Both the position numbers and the translations under genes were made by a program. A stretch of 64,000 nucleotides of DNA from Camelus ferus (lineage: Eukaryota): assembly GCF_009834535.1 (NCBI RefSeq), contig NC_045697.1, forward strand, positions 79,548,001 through 79,612,000, given 5' to 3'. The notes beneath the pieces were generated by a model. It worked only from the letters and a program-made list of their open reading frames with translations. It ran no database searches and was not told where the DNA came from. This document shows positions 52,820 through 64,000 of the stretch, one piece after another (position 1 is the stretch's first letter; the number at the start of each line of letters is the position of its first letter).

Positions 52820-55230
52820 TCCTGACCCTCAAAATACTTTTCTCCATTTCTTTTCTTCTCTTTACTTCTTGAAACAGTAGTCTTCCCCAACTGTATCTGC
52901 TTCCTTCCTTCCTATTAAATTTTTTTTCAGTTGAAGTATAATTGATTTATAGTATTATGCTAATTTCTGGTGTACAGCAGAGTAATTCATTCATATACAC
53001 GTATATATTCCTTTCCATATCCTTTTTCAGGATAGGCTTTTACAAGATATTGAATATATCTCCCTGTGCTACACAGTAGGGCCTTGTTGTTTATCTATTC
53101 CTATTAACTTTTAATAGGCCATCCACCCCTACTACTTCGCTGACTTTGTTCTGGCAAAAGTCACCAAATTCATTAGCCTCTTTTCAATCTCCATCTTAGT
53201 TTTCCACTGCCGCATTTTTATTTCTAAACCAGTCTTCCTGTCTGAAGTACCCTCCTCTCTCTTGATCTCCCCCACCTCTGTGGCTATTTCTTTTTGGTCT
53301 TATGAAAGAACATTTTCTCACTTTTTAGAGACTGTTGTTCATTTTCATGTTCTTCTAAGTTTTCTCTCCATTTTCTGGTGATCTCTTTCATCCTGAAGTT
53401 TCAACTATATGCTGATGATCCCTGTGTTAGTCAGAGTGAGGCTAAGCTGCTGTAACAAAGAGGTAGATGGGTGATTCTGCTCCATGCAGTCACCCAGGAA
53501 CTCAATTTTCTTCTCTCGTTGCTCCACTAAGGTGCTGTCTTTTTCTGCACAATCCACGGTCGCCCAATAGCACCATGTCTGTGTTCCAGCACCTAGGAAG
53601 TGAAGGTCAAGAATTTCCTTCTAAGGAAGTGAAAAAGAAATTGTGTGTGACATTTCTACTGAAATTGCATTGACAAGGACATAGTTTCCTGACCCAATGT
53701 AGCCTCAAGAGGGGCTGGGAAATGAGTGGCCATGTACTTTGTGAAAACAGTGAGTTTAATAAATATGAGGAAGATAGGGATAAGGCAAAGTTTGCGGTCT
53801 CTGCTAAAAATACCTTCAACTCTACTCTTTATTGTTCCAGATTCATAGATCTGTCTACTTTGTGATGTCTTTTTTTATGGTTCATTAGTTAAAAACATTT
53901 TTTTAGCTTCATGGAGGTATAATTGACAAAATTATAAGGTATTTAAAGTGTACATTGTGATGGTTTGATATACATGTACATTGTGAAAGGATTCCTCCAC
54001 GAATTAATTGACATGTATCTTCTTCTGTGTGTCCTGCAGACACCTCAAACTCAACATGTTAAAACAAAACGAATTCTGAACTAATTGTTTTCTCCAAGCC
54101 GACTCCTCCTACCACTTTCCCAATCTTAATTAGTGGTCATTACTCTAGTGCTTGAACTAGAAGTCTCAGCCATTCTTGATTTTTTAAAATGTCTTATTCC
54201 ATACAGCAAATTTATCACCAAGTTCTATATATTTTAAGTATTGAATTTACCATTCTAACAGTGTCTGTGTCTCTCTAGACCCTAAAAAGCTCTATCTTGT
54301 ATTATTCCTGAAGGCCCCGATTGGCATCCAGCCCCTAAGTTGTTTCCTTAGATGACCGTCCTCCCTACACAGCCACCATATTTATCTTTCTAAATCACAT
54401 CTGGATGATCCACTTCTTTTTCTTAAAAGTCTATAATGATGCTCTGTTTGCTCCTGTGGGTCTTTAAACATGATTTTTAGAAATGGAACTCTTTAAAAAA
54501 AAAAATCCTACCCCAAGTTCCCCACATAGAGAATATGCAGAACTTCTTGTATGGGCATTGTCCTTAGAATGTCATTTGAATATTACTGGCATACAAGATT
54601 TTAATTCAGATGACTTATTGCTAATTAGAGGACCCTTAACCCAATCCCAGCTGACTTTTCCAAACTTACCTTTAGCCAGTATTTCCATCATCTTCTCTGC
54701 TCTAGTCACATGGCATTAATCACTCCTCTTACATGAGACAGGCATTCAGGGGTCTGTCTTTGCTCCTGTTCCTTCAGTCCTGTTGATCACTGGGCATACC
54801 TTTACTCACCTGAAAGAGCATGAGCTCTGGCGCTAGGCAGACTCAGATTCAGAGCTCATCTGAGCCTTGGCTTCCTCACTGGAAAAATGGATTTAGTAAG
54901 AGAATCTACACAAAGTACCCAGGTCATAGGAGAGTCTCAAATGTCAATTTTCCTTTCCCTCCGTCCTCAAATGTCACTTCTGTTTTTTGGTGTGTGTGTG
55001 TGACTACCACAGGAAGAAGTAGGTTTTCCCAATCTATGTTTTATAGCATTTGATAATGCTATAAGAGAACTTTTATTATTATATTTACTTATGTATGTGG
55101 TTATCTCACTTGTTGGACTTTGAGCTCTTTGAAGGTAGGAGTCTTCACTCACTCACTTTTGATCCTTGGGGCCAGGCCAAAATAGACATAAAATAAATGA
55201 CTTTTAAACCGAATTGCATTGCATTGAATT
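52820..55230 (+). mobile_element. Long fragmented L2 with nested MLT1J-like LTR (~53424-53810), L1 and MIR pieces
   Basis: ctatatgctgatga|LTR|..cacctcaaactcaacatg..ctcacttgttggactttgagctctttgaaggtagg. Confidence 0.65.
52919..53097 (-). mobile_element. Short L1 3' end with TSD
   Basis: TSD TTCCTATTAA at 52909-52918 and 53098-53107. Confidence 0.88.
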
Positions 55231-55719
55231 GAAATGGATTTGTGGTAGAAAATAAAGGTCAATCAGTTTCCTTGGCTCTGAGTCATCCTCCCCATAAGGA
55301 ATGGAACAAGAGTTTGATGGATGGGCATATGCTATTTTGTAATAAAAAGGAGCAATCTTCTGATTCTGAACATGAAATAGCAACTGCTGGACTGTGAAAC
55401 AATCTGCAAAATTGCATTTATCCTGGAGTGTTTTGTTTTGGCATCAGTAGGGTAGAATGTTGTTTCATAGTCCATGTTTATTGAACCATGTAAGGGATTT
55501 ACAGTAGCATCTGTATGGAGGCCAAAGTTAAAGTGGGGCACAGTCCCAAAAAAGTGACATGTAAGACAAATTGATGTGTTCAAGCATTCAGAGTTGACAA
55601 CATAATCTCCTATTTTTATAGAGGACATTTTGGCGCTAGGAGCAGGGTGTGTATACATGTGACAAAATCAAGCTCAACATCTACTGCCCCCCCCCCAAAT
55701 AAACACATTCCTCTTCTTT

Positions 55720-56789
55720 ACTTTTCTATTTTTAAAAAAAATTTATATTTTTATGATTTATAATCATTTTACAATGTTCTGTCAAATTCCAGTGTAGAGC
55801 ACAATTTTTCAGTCATACATGAACATATATATATTCATTGTCACATTTTTTTCTCTGTGAGCTACCATAAGATCTTGTGTATATTTCCCTGTGCTATGTA
55901 TTTCTTTTTTTTTTAATGTGGTAAAAAACATAACATAAAATTTACCATTGCAACCATTCTTAAGTGTCTAATTTAGTAGCGTATATTCACATTATTGTGC
56001 AAAAGATCTCTGGAGATTTCCCATCTTGTGACAGTGAGATTCTACGCCCACTAAACATGAATTCTTCCTTCTCCCTTCTCCTTGTCCTTGGCAACCACCC
56101 TTTTACTTTCTGTTTTGGATTTTGACTACTTTAGATACTTCACATGAGTGGAGTCATACAACACCTGTCCCTTTGTGACTGGCTTATTTCATTTACAACA
56201 TTCTTAAGGTTCATCCATGTGGTAGCACATGACAATATTTCCTTTTTAAGGCTGCATAATATTCCATTATATGCATATATCACATTTTCTTTATCCATAC
56301 ATCTGTTAATGGACATTTGGATTACTTCCATCTCTTTGTTATTGTGTTAATGCTGTGATGAACATGGGTGTGCATATATCTTTGAGATCCTGCTTTGAAT
56401 TCTTTTGGATAAATATCCAGAAGTGGGATAGGTAGAACATAAGGTAATTCTATTTTTCATCTTTTAGGGAATGTCCTTGCTCTTTTCGATAATGGCTGTG
56501 CCATTTTATATTCCTACCAATAGTGCACAAGTGTTCCAATTTCTCTTCATTCTTACCAACACTGTTATTTTCCATTCTTTTGATAGTGGCCATCCTGATG
56601 GATGTGAGGTAATATCTCATGTGATTTTGATTTGTATTTCTCTAATGATTAGAGAATAATATTGACTATTGGGAAGAGAGTATATCTCAAGTTGTAGAGC
56701 ACATGCTTAGCATGTACGAGGTCCTGGGTTCAATCCCCAATACCCCCACTGAAAAACCAAATGAATAAATAAACCTAATTACCTCCCCT

Positions 56790-56888
<99 letters not shown>

Positions 56889-57155
56889 TATCTTTTTTGG
56901 AGAAATGTCTATTCAAGTCCTTTGCCCATTTTTTAATCAAATGTTGTTGTTGTCATTGAGTTGTGTAAGTTCTTTATGTATTTTGGATATTAGCGCCTTA
57001 TCAGATATATGATTTATAATTATTCTTTCCCATTCTGTAAGTTGCTTTTTGACCCTGTTGATTGTTTCCTTTGATGTGCAGAGGATTTTAAGTTTGATGT
57101 AGTCCTCCTTGTCTATATTTGCTTTTGTTGACTGTGCTTTTGGTGTCCTATTTAA
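55720..57155 (-). mobile_element. Young L1 3' fragment (55720-55900) next to an older L1, with a nested + strand SINE (56670-56790)
   Basis: L1 3' UTR and ORF2-end motifs (TPKAQSTKANIDK..KETINRVKKQLTEWE). SINE with A and B boxes. Confidence 0.85.
56790..56888. repeat. Compound (GT)n(AT)n(AG)n microsatellite in the SINE tail
   Basis: Directly visible. Confidence 0.95.
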
Positions 57156-59479
57156 CTTCTTTCTTTCTTTTAATGGCATTACCAGTCTTTGTATTATACA
57201 CGCCTCAGGTTTTGAAATGATATCTCTCTCTTCTCCCTTGTCCTCTATAGTTAATAGCTGCCTAAGACCACTCAGTTCCGTAGTAGTTCTCATATTAATT
57301 CTCTCTCTCTCTCACTCCATTCCACTGCACACCTGGTTTATCACTCCTCTCTGGATTTCTCTTGTCTCCTCCTTATTTGGTATCTCTCCCCTTTCCAGGC
57401 TAGTGGATATACTGCCTCTAGTTTATGCTTCTTAAAGGTGCACATGTCTAGTCATAAATCTGTTCAGAATACTTGTGGTTTCCCCATTGCTTTCCAAAAA
57501 TGTCTAAATTTTTCTACAATCTGGCTCTGACTTACCTTTCCAGCCTTATCTTTTGTTCTTTTCTTCTATTCTCTACATAGACTTTATAGTTTATTCAGCA
57601 GGTTTAATAGTTTAATCGCCTTTGTCTTATATTGCCCCAGTTTCCTGACTTGGCCTGTGTTGGTCTTTTTGCTTTGAATGCGCTAGAATGCGTTAGTGAC
57701 CCTCGTTTGGTCATTCATCTCTCTGTCTTCCATCCTCGGCTCTTAATCCTTTATTCTCACTCCTAGGGAACCAGCCTTAACTTTGACCTATATATTGATA
57801 TTTCTTAAATCATCATCTTTTTATATGATCTCATTGCCTGAAGAATATTACTGAGGTTTTAGGGGGCCAATGGATAGAACCCATCTTCCACACCCAGGAT
57901 ATGAGCCAGTTAAGGGATAAGAGTAAGACAAATGAAACCAAAAATGCCATCTTTATTATTAATAAAGCTGCAACTGGAAAATGTGGCTTATACTTGGGAT
58001 AAATTGACTTCTTAATACTGGATGTAAAACCAGACAGTCCTCTTTAAAACTTATTAAACAGGTGGCATAAAGCAGGATGCATTTCCTACTGGCAATTGCT
58101 GCCCAAATATAAAGAAAAAGGAGAGATGCTATATGTGTCCAGCTTTAGCTCCCAAGTTCCCTGATCAGCCTCATGTGGGGAGGAATGAGTGAGGAGGTAG
58201 AGTGAGGCTGAGGGAGTCACACTGCTGGGCAGCCAACCACATGCAGGAAACATCGGGAGTGGGAAGAACATTTCTTACCCCCCCCACACACACACATATC
58301 TCTGTCCTGATGTTTGGCTCTCATTTCACATCCATGTTCATCATATTGTCCTCAAAGACAGCCTTCCTCCTCAACTACTTTTGTTACACTAGAGCTTTTC
58401 TTCCCCTTTGACTTGACTTCCCTCATATGCCACAAAGTCGAGTATTGTTATGGATTTTCTTTAAAATGCTTCTGTTATTTGTCTATTCTCCAACATTACC
58501 ACCACTACTTATGACAAACCCTTAGCACCTTGAATAGATTTTTCCAATCTGTAAGTGTTCTCCTTTGCTTCTGGTTTGCTGCCTACAGAAGATTGTTCAT
58601 AAATCTGAGGTATTTTGGATTAGATGCACACTGGCATTTAAATGTCTCTTCATTGCCCTAATAAATGACATTCGTTTACAACATCCTCTAACTTAGACAA
58701 ACAGCACTTTAGAAAGCTAATGTTTTTGGAACATTTCATGTTCATTCCTGTTGCATCTTTGCCCAAGTGGACATTTATGTGTGGAGAGCGGCCTTGTGAC
58801 CCTTTATATTCTTAAATTTCCAATTCAACTTCCATTTCTCCTAGATGGCTCTCTGTGTACTCTAGTTGGCATCTCTACTATTGTATGAAAAATTATTATT
58901 TTATAATTCTCAAATAGTTTATTTTTTGGTTTTATGTTTTTCAACTGATTTTCTTTAGGTCAGGAGGATTTCCTTTACTTATTATGTCTGGCCGCCCTTT
59001 CTCCGTATATCTAGGATTAGCTAAACACAACAAAACATCAGTGGAACTGATTAGTAGAGAAAGTTACAGTAACACAAGTTACTTAATACGTTTGAGGTTA
59101 AATTTCCAGGCTAAGAAGGCTTTTACTTCTTAAATAACAAAAAATTTCTCTATTTCCTAGTTAGGAATTCCTGTAAATGAATTGGCATTTACATGTGTCC
59201 TATCTAAAGTTCTTCTGATGCATTCCTTGTTGGATTATAAGACCCTTTTCTTTGGTGAGTCCTAAGTGAGAGAATTAGAATAGAATACTGACAGGACAAA
59301 AAAGCTCTCAAGAATAACACATGGCCTCAATCAAGAAAGCATCAGAAGGAATTAAGCAGGAATTTGGAGAAAAGAAATGTCATCTGGGCTCATTGACTTT
59401 AAAAGAAAACATTTGGATACATGCAATATTTAAAGCCACTTTCTGAACACTTCATCTTGGAAAATAAACCAAATTATTT

Positions 59480-59881
59480 GTTTGTTTGTTTATTTTTATT
59501 GACGTATAGTCAGTTTACAATGTTGTGTCAATTTCTGGTGTACAGCATAATGCTTCAGTCATACATGAACATACATATATTCATTTTCACCATAAGTTAC
59601 TGCAAGATATTGAATATAGTTCCCTGTGCTATATAGTATAAACTGGTTGTTTATCTATTATATATATACTAATTAGTATCTGCAAATCTCGAACTCCCAA
59701 TTTATCTCTTCCCATCCCCTTCCCCACCATGGTAACCATAAGCTTGTTTTCTATGTCTGTGAGTCTGTTTCTGTTTTATAAATAAGTTTGTCTTTTCTTT
59801 TTTTTTTTTTAGATTCCACATATAAGTGATATCTCTTTCTTGTTTACTTCACTTAGAACAACAATCTCCAGGTCCATCCAT
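59480..59881 (-). mobile_element. L1 3' end
   Basis: L1 3' UTR motifs. Short TSD AAATTATTT at 59471-59479 and 59882-59890. Confidence 0.88.
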
Positions 59882-60125
59882 AAATTATTTATAATGATTC
59901 TGGTTTCTCGCTGATGTATATAATGGTAAATTTTTAATTGACCTTGCACAACAGCATAAAATATTATAATTGAAAGGTCAACAAGTACTCTGGAAATATC
60001 TACTAGAATTTAGTTACTAAAAGAAAACCTCAAAAGAAGAAGCTTTTGTCTTACTTACATCCATGTAATTGTTTTTTATAACAAATACAGAACAACTTGA
60101 GAGGTTGGTTCCTTAAGCTTTTATT

Positions 60126-60352
60126 TTATTTATTTATTTTTACTGTTTTTTTTTTTTTTTAATTGACATACAGTCAATTACAATGTGTCAATTTCTGGTG
60201 TACAGCATAATGTCCCAGTCATACATATACATACATATGTTCTTTTTCATATTCTTTTTCATTAAAGGTTATTACAAGATATTGAATATAGTTCCCTGTG
60301 CTATACAGAAGAAATTTGTTTTTTATATGTTTTTGTATATAGTGGTAAGCCC
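60126..60352 (-). mobile_element. L1 3' end with TSD
   Basis: TSD TAAGCTTTTATT at 60114-60125 and 60353-60364. Confidence 0.88.
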
Positions 60353-60599
60353 TAAGCTTTTATTGTTTTAGACTTTCAGTTTAAAAATGTGTTTCTTTTA
60401 ATAGCAGAAGAAAAACTATTACAAGTTAGCTAACCACTTGAGTCTTCCATGTTTATGAGTATTTTGGACAGCTAAGAATAGGAGGAAATCTTGGAGAAAT
60501 AGGGAATGTTTCTTAATTCACAGGATTTCAAGATCCCGGAGAAGGTGCCATTTCTAGGAATGACCACAAGATGGTATCGAAATAAATCCTTATACATGT

Positions 60600-61520
60600 G
60601 TCATTCATTCATTCATTCATTCATTCAGTAAACAAGCATTTAATAATCCCCAACTACATGCCAGGAATAATGTTAGGCACCAGAGATACTGAAATGATTC
60701 AGATACAGTTCCTGTCCTCAAGGAGCCTAGAGTGTAGTAGAGGGAGATGTATCTGTACGGAAATAAGGGCAATAGAGTGTCACTAGGGCTCTGCTAGAAC
60801 TACATATGACAAAGAATGGGGACCCAAAAGAGGGAATGGGCACTTCGACAGAAGTTGGGGGATGGAGGAGGGAATGTGGGTTTGTAAAGGCACAACAATG
60901 GAAATGATTCTTAAATAGAATCTTAGAGATTTAGGAGGGGATTACTAGGAAGTAGATGACATAGGATGTAGACCAGGAGGAGGTGGGACCTGGGAGCAGA
61001 GGCAGTCTTTCAGGCAGAAAGAGAGACATGATTGAAGGATCAAAAGTTTCAGAGCCCATCTGGCACGCTTAAGGAACTTTAAGCAGCCTAGTGTGATTAA
61101 GACACGTGGAAGGAGAGGAGGCTGTAGACAATGCGAGTAATGGATGGCCCAACGTGCTGTGGTGCCGTGCTAGCCTTGTGTTCGAGCTAGCTCACTTTGG
61201 TGGAGGTGTCCATAAGTGGTGGCAGGGAAGCAGGGACACAAGTTGGGAGACTGTTGTAGACTCCAGAGGACAGATGCTAAGGGCCAGTACAGTAGGAATG
61301 AGAGGTTAAATCCACACGATTCAGCAATTCAACTGTCTGGAAGAGGTTGTATTTTAGGAAGGCATCGAAGAGTTCTTGCTTAAAAGAGAATGATAAATGA
61401 TTGACCAAGATTGGAGTTACAGAAGGAAGAGTGGTTTCAGGAGCAAAACATTATGATGAATTCATCATGAACTTGTGTCTGGAGGGTTCAGTTAAGGACT
61501 GATGGTACAGAGGTGGGGGC
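60600..61520 (-). mobile_element. L2 3' portion
   Basis: (TTCA)n end followed by cctgtcctcaaggagcctagag. Confidence 0.75.
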
Positions 61521-62589
61521 AGGGGTGAGAATGGGAGGACCATGTGCTGAGAAGGTGCCCAGCATGGGAGGACTGGGGTAGCATGGGGGGCGGTTATTTA
61601 TGTTTTTGTATTGCTTGTGTTTCTGATTGGGTGTTAAAGATTTAGGTTGAAGGCATATAGCTGAACCTCAAAAAAAGTTTTAGTTGGTTTCTAAACATTA
61701 AGCTCGGAATAATATGAGTGTTGACTTTGCAGTTCAGTTTCTTAATCCATCAAATACATTGATTAAGATAGGCTGTCCCGTCTCTGGGCACCGATCATGA
61801 ACTTGGGCCCTACATGACGCTGGACAAATTAATGATTCTTTCCTCAGTGTCGTCATTTTAAAATGGGAAAATTTATTAAGCAGGGGGCTAGTATAGAATA
61901 CTCCTCTTCTCCCCATGAGTTGTGAATTAGCTGAGAATGACAAAGAGTTCAGGCAAATGGACAGCAAAATTCTACCTTCAACCCTGAAAAAGCTGAATGA
62001 AAGGATGTGGCTCTGATGTGTGGAAACGGGAAGCTTCCTAATATTCTCCTTCTCTCGGTGGAGACCCTGCAGTAGATAAGTTGCACTGTAAGAAGGGATA
62101 CTTTCTGCAGTATTTTGTGAAAATTGAAAACAAGTGTCTGGACTGAGGGCTACCTTCCAGGTGGGCTCGGCCCGGCCTCACGCGGTTATGACTCCTGCCG
62201 GGTTGCATCGCCTCCTGCAATCACCTCCTGCAATCACCTCAGTGACAGCTCCTCGGGTCCAGAGCCCCGTGTCCATCTGCATTCTCTCAGCACCCACCAG
62301 CCTGCTCAGGCCAAAGTGTTACTGACATTTCCATTCTGTCGTCTTTGTGCATTTTAAGCACCTGCTGGGACCGCTTTCAGCTATGTTAAGTTGTCTGCCC
62401 GGGCAGTCCAAGCAGTACCAGGTGTAGTTTTTGGTAGTGCCCTGAGGACAGGATGCGTAGGTTCTGAGAGGTCCCCCTAGGCCTCTTTTTCCCCCGCCCA
62501 TAGACCATATTTTAAAACACAGTTGTGTAGAATACAGGATTTTTTTTCCCAGAAGGTATACATCAAGCTATAGCAGAAGTACCTTTAAT

Positions 62590-62812
62590 TATAATAACTA
62601 ATAGCTCTCTAGGACTTACTGTGTGCCAAGCATTGCCCTTCTCGAGTTACACACCACCACAACCCTATGAAGTAAGTAAGTACGACTCTATGCAAGGAAA
62701 CTAGAGGCACAGGAAGGTTAAGTGACTCATCCAAGATCCCACATCTGGACAGTGGCAGAACCAGGGTTCAGACTCAGGCAGTCTGGCCCCAGAGTCCCTG
62801 TGCTTAACCGCT
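62590..62812 (-). mobile_element. MIR
   Basis: acttactgtgtgccaagc..gaggcacaggaaggttaagtgact..ggcagtctggccccagagtcc. Confidence 0.85.
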
Positions 62813-63234
62813 ATGGCACCCATCTCGTCAATAAAACAGCAAATGGCAAACAACCGTAGGTGCCGAGATCACCTCTATTCTCCTCCCAGTACTCTGCTTT
62901 CTCCAGTCCTCTTCCCATTTTTTAGTGCCCTCAGTGATTGTGTTTCATCTTTCTGAATACATGGGAATGGGAATTGCTTGTGAGCTGCTGCCACCAGGCT
63001 GGGCTTTCCCAGTCCTGTCAGGTATAGGTATGTCACTCCAGCCCCATGGGCCACCTGAAATGACTCTCATCCTTCGTGCCTGTCCCAGTGGGGCTCTCCT
63101 CTCACTTCCTAACTCTGTCACCAGTAGTGGCTCTTCTGGGTGACTATAGTCTACCTGTAGGCTCTCCACCTTTAAGGGAAAAGCAAAACTTCCTGATTAT
63201 TCTATTTGTTAAGAGATAAGAAATTGATGCTGGT

Positions 63235-63235
<1 letters not shown>

Positions 63236-63284
<49 letters not shown>
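63236..63284. repeat. (GT)n microsatellite
   Basis: Directly visible. Confidence 0.97.
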
Positions 63285-63286
<2 letters not shown>

Positions 63287-63632
63287 TGGTGAATGCCATA
63301 CCTTAGTCCTATCCTTTATAAGCTTCACTGATAATGTAACACACCCTTTCCTCCCAACTCCTCCACCTTTTCTTTCCCCAAGAAGATGAAGTCCTTACCA
63401 TAAGGTTCAACAATTTTTGATGTGTGATTCACAATGTGAGATTTAAAGAAGTGTTCTGTGGCAATTGCATTTGAAAAAACCTTGGATCAGAGAAAATTAT
63501 ACAGGCTCCTTTCCTTCAGAACTTTTCAGACCCATGTGAGTTAGAATCTTTTATATACTAATGAACACATGAATCTTTAAGCAGGGAGGATTGAGCATGC
63601 ATTCTTTTCCAAGTTTACTTGATCAAGAACCA

Positions 63633-63638
63633 TATATA

Positions 63639-63701
<63 letters not shown>
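63633..63701. repeat. (AT)n microsatellite with poly(T)
   Basis: Directly visible. Confidence 0.95.
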
Positions 63702-64000
63702 GAGAACGTGGCCTCGGGAAACAGGTGTGGATAATGAAGCACGCAACCAAGGAGATGCCTGTAAAAGTGGCCTGAAAATGTCTTATCATCTAACCGTATT
63801 TTAATATCTGCATCTACTTTGACCTATGTTGTTAATTTTTGGACCTGGGAGTATTTAGAGGTCTTTTAGAAAATATCTCCAGTGGGGCTGCTTGATATGA
63901 TGGGACAGTGGTGTATAGAGTGCCCGGCCCTTTGGAAATGGACTGCCCTGATGTCATCTTGACAGCCTTTGGGGAGATGTGAGAAGAGTCTCCTGTTCTG

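Noticed and set aside
55332..55658. 108-aa minus-strand ORF
   Set aside because: No recognisable homology or supporting signals.

Overview
Mammalian, AT-rich and repeat-dense DNA, probably from a camelid (alpaca or camel), judged from the tRNA-derived SINEs and the young L1 3' UTRs. It looks intronic or intergenic, and I recognised no exon of an intact known protein-coding gene. Two retrocopies are clear, both on the minus strand: an RPL34 processed pseudogene (~2.56-3.01 kb), and a divergent, internally shortened CTAGE5/MIA2-family retrocopy (~36.5-38.0 kb) with a perfect 15-bp target-site duplication (TSD) and one frameshift. The rest is layered transposons: a young 5'-truncated L1 (48.5-51.0 kb), many L1 3' ends, old L1M, L2, L3/CR1, L4, MIR, MLT1 and MER34-like LTRs, MER5A, MADE2, SINEs and microsatellites. 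Best leads: the CTAGE-like retrocopy, a probable L1 3' transduction (34.4-35.2 kb), an unidentified degraded coding-like stretch (0.33-1.56 kb) and a possible alternative-promoter region (31.3-33.5 kb). I found no convincing novel biological system. Repeat subfamily names and protein comparisons come from my memory of consensus sequences, not from database searches, and boundaries of old repeats are approximate.
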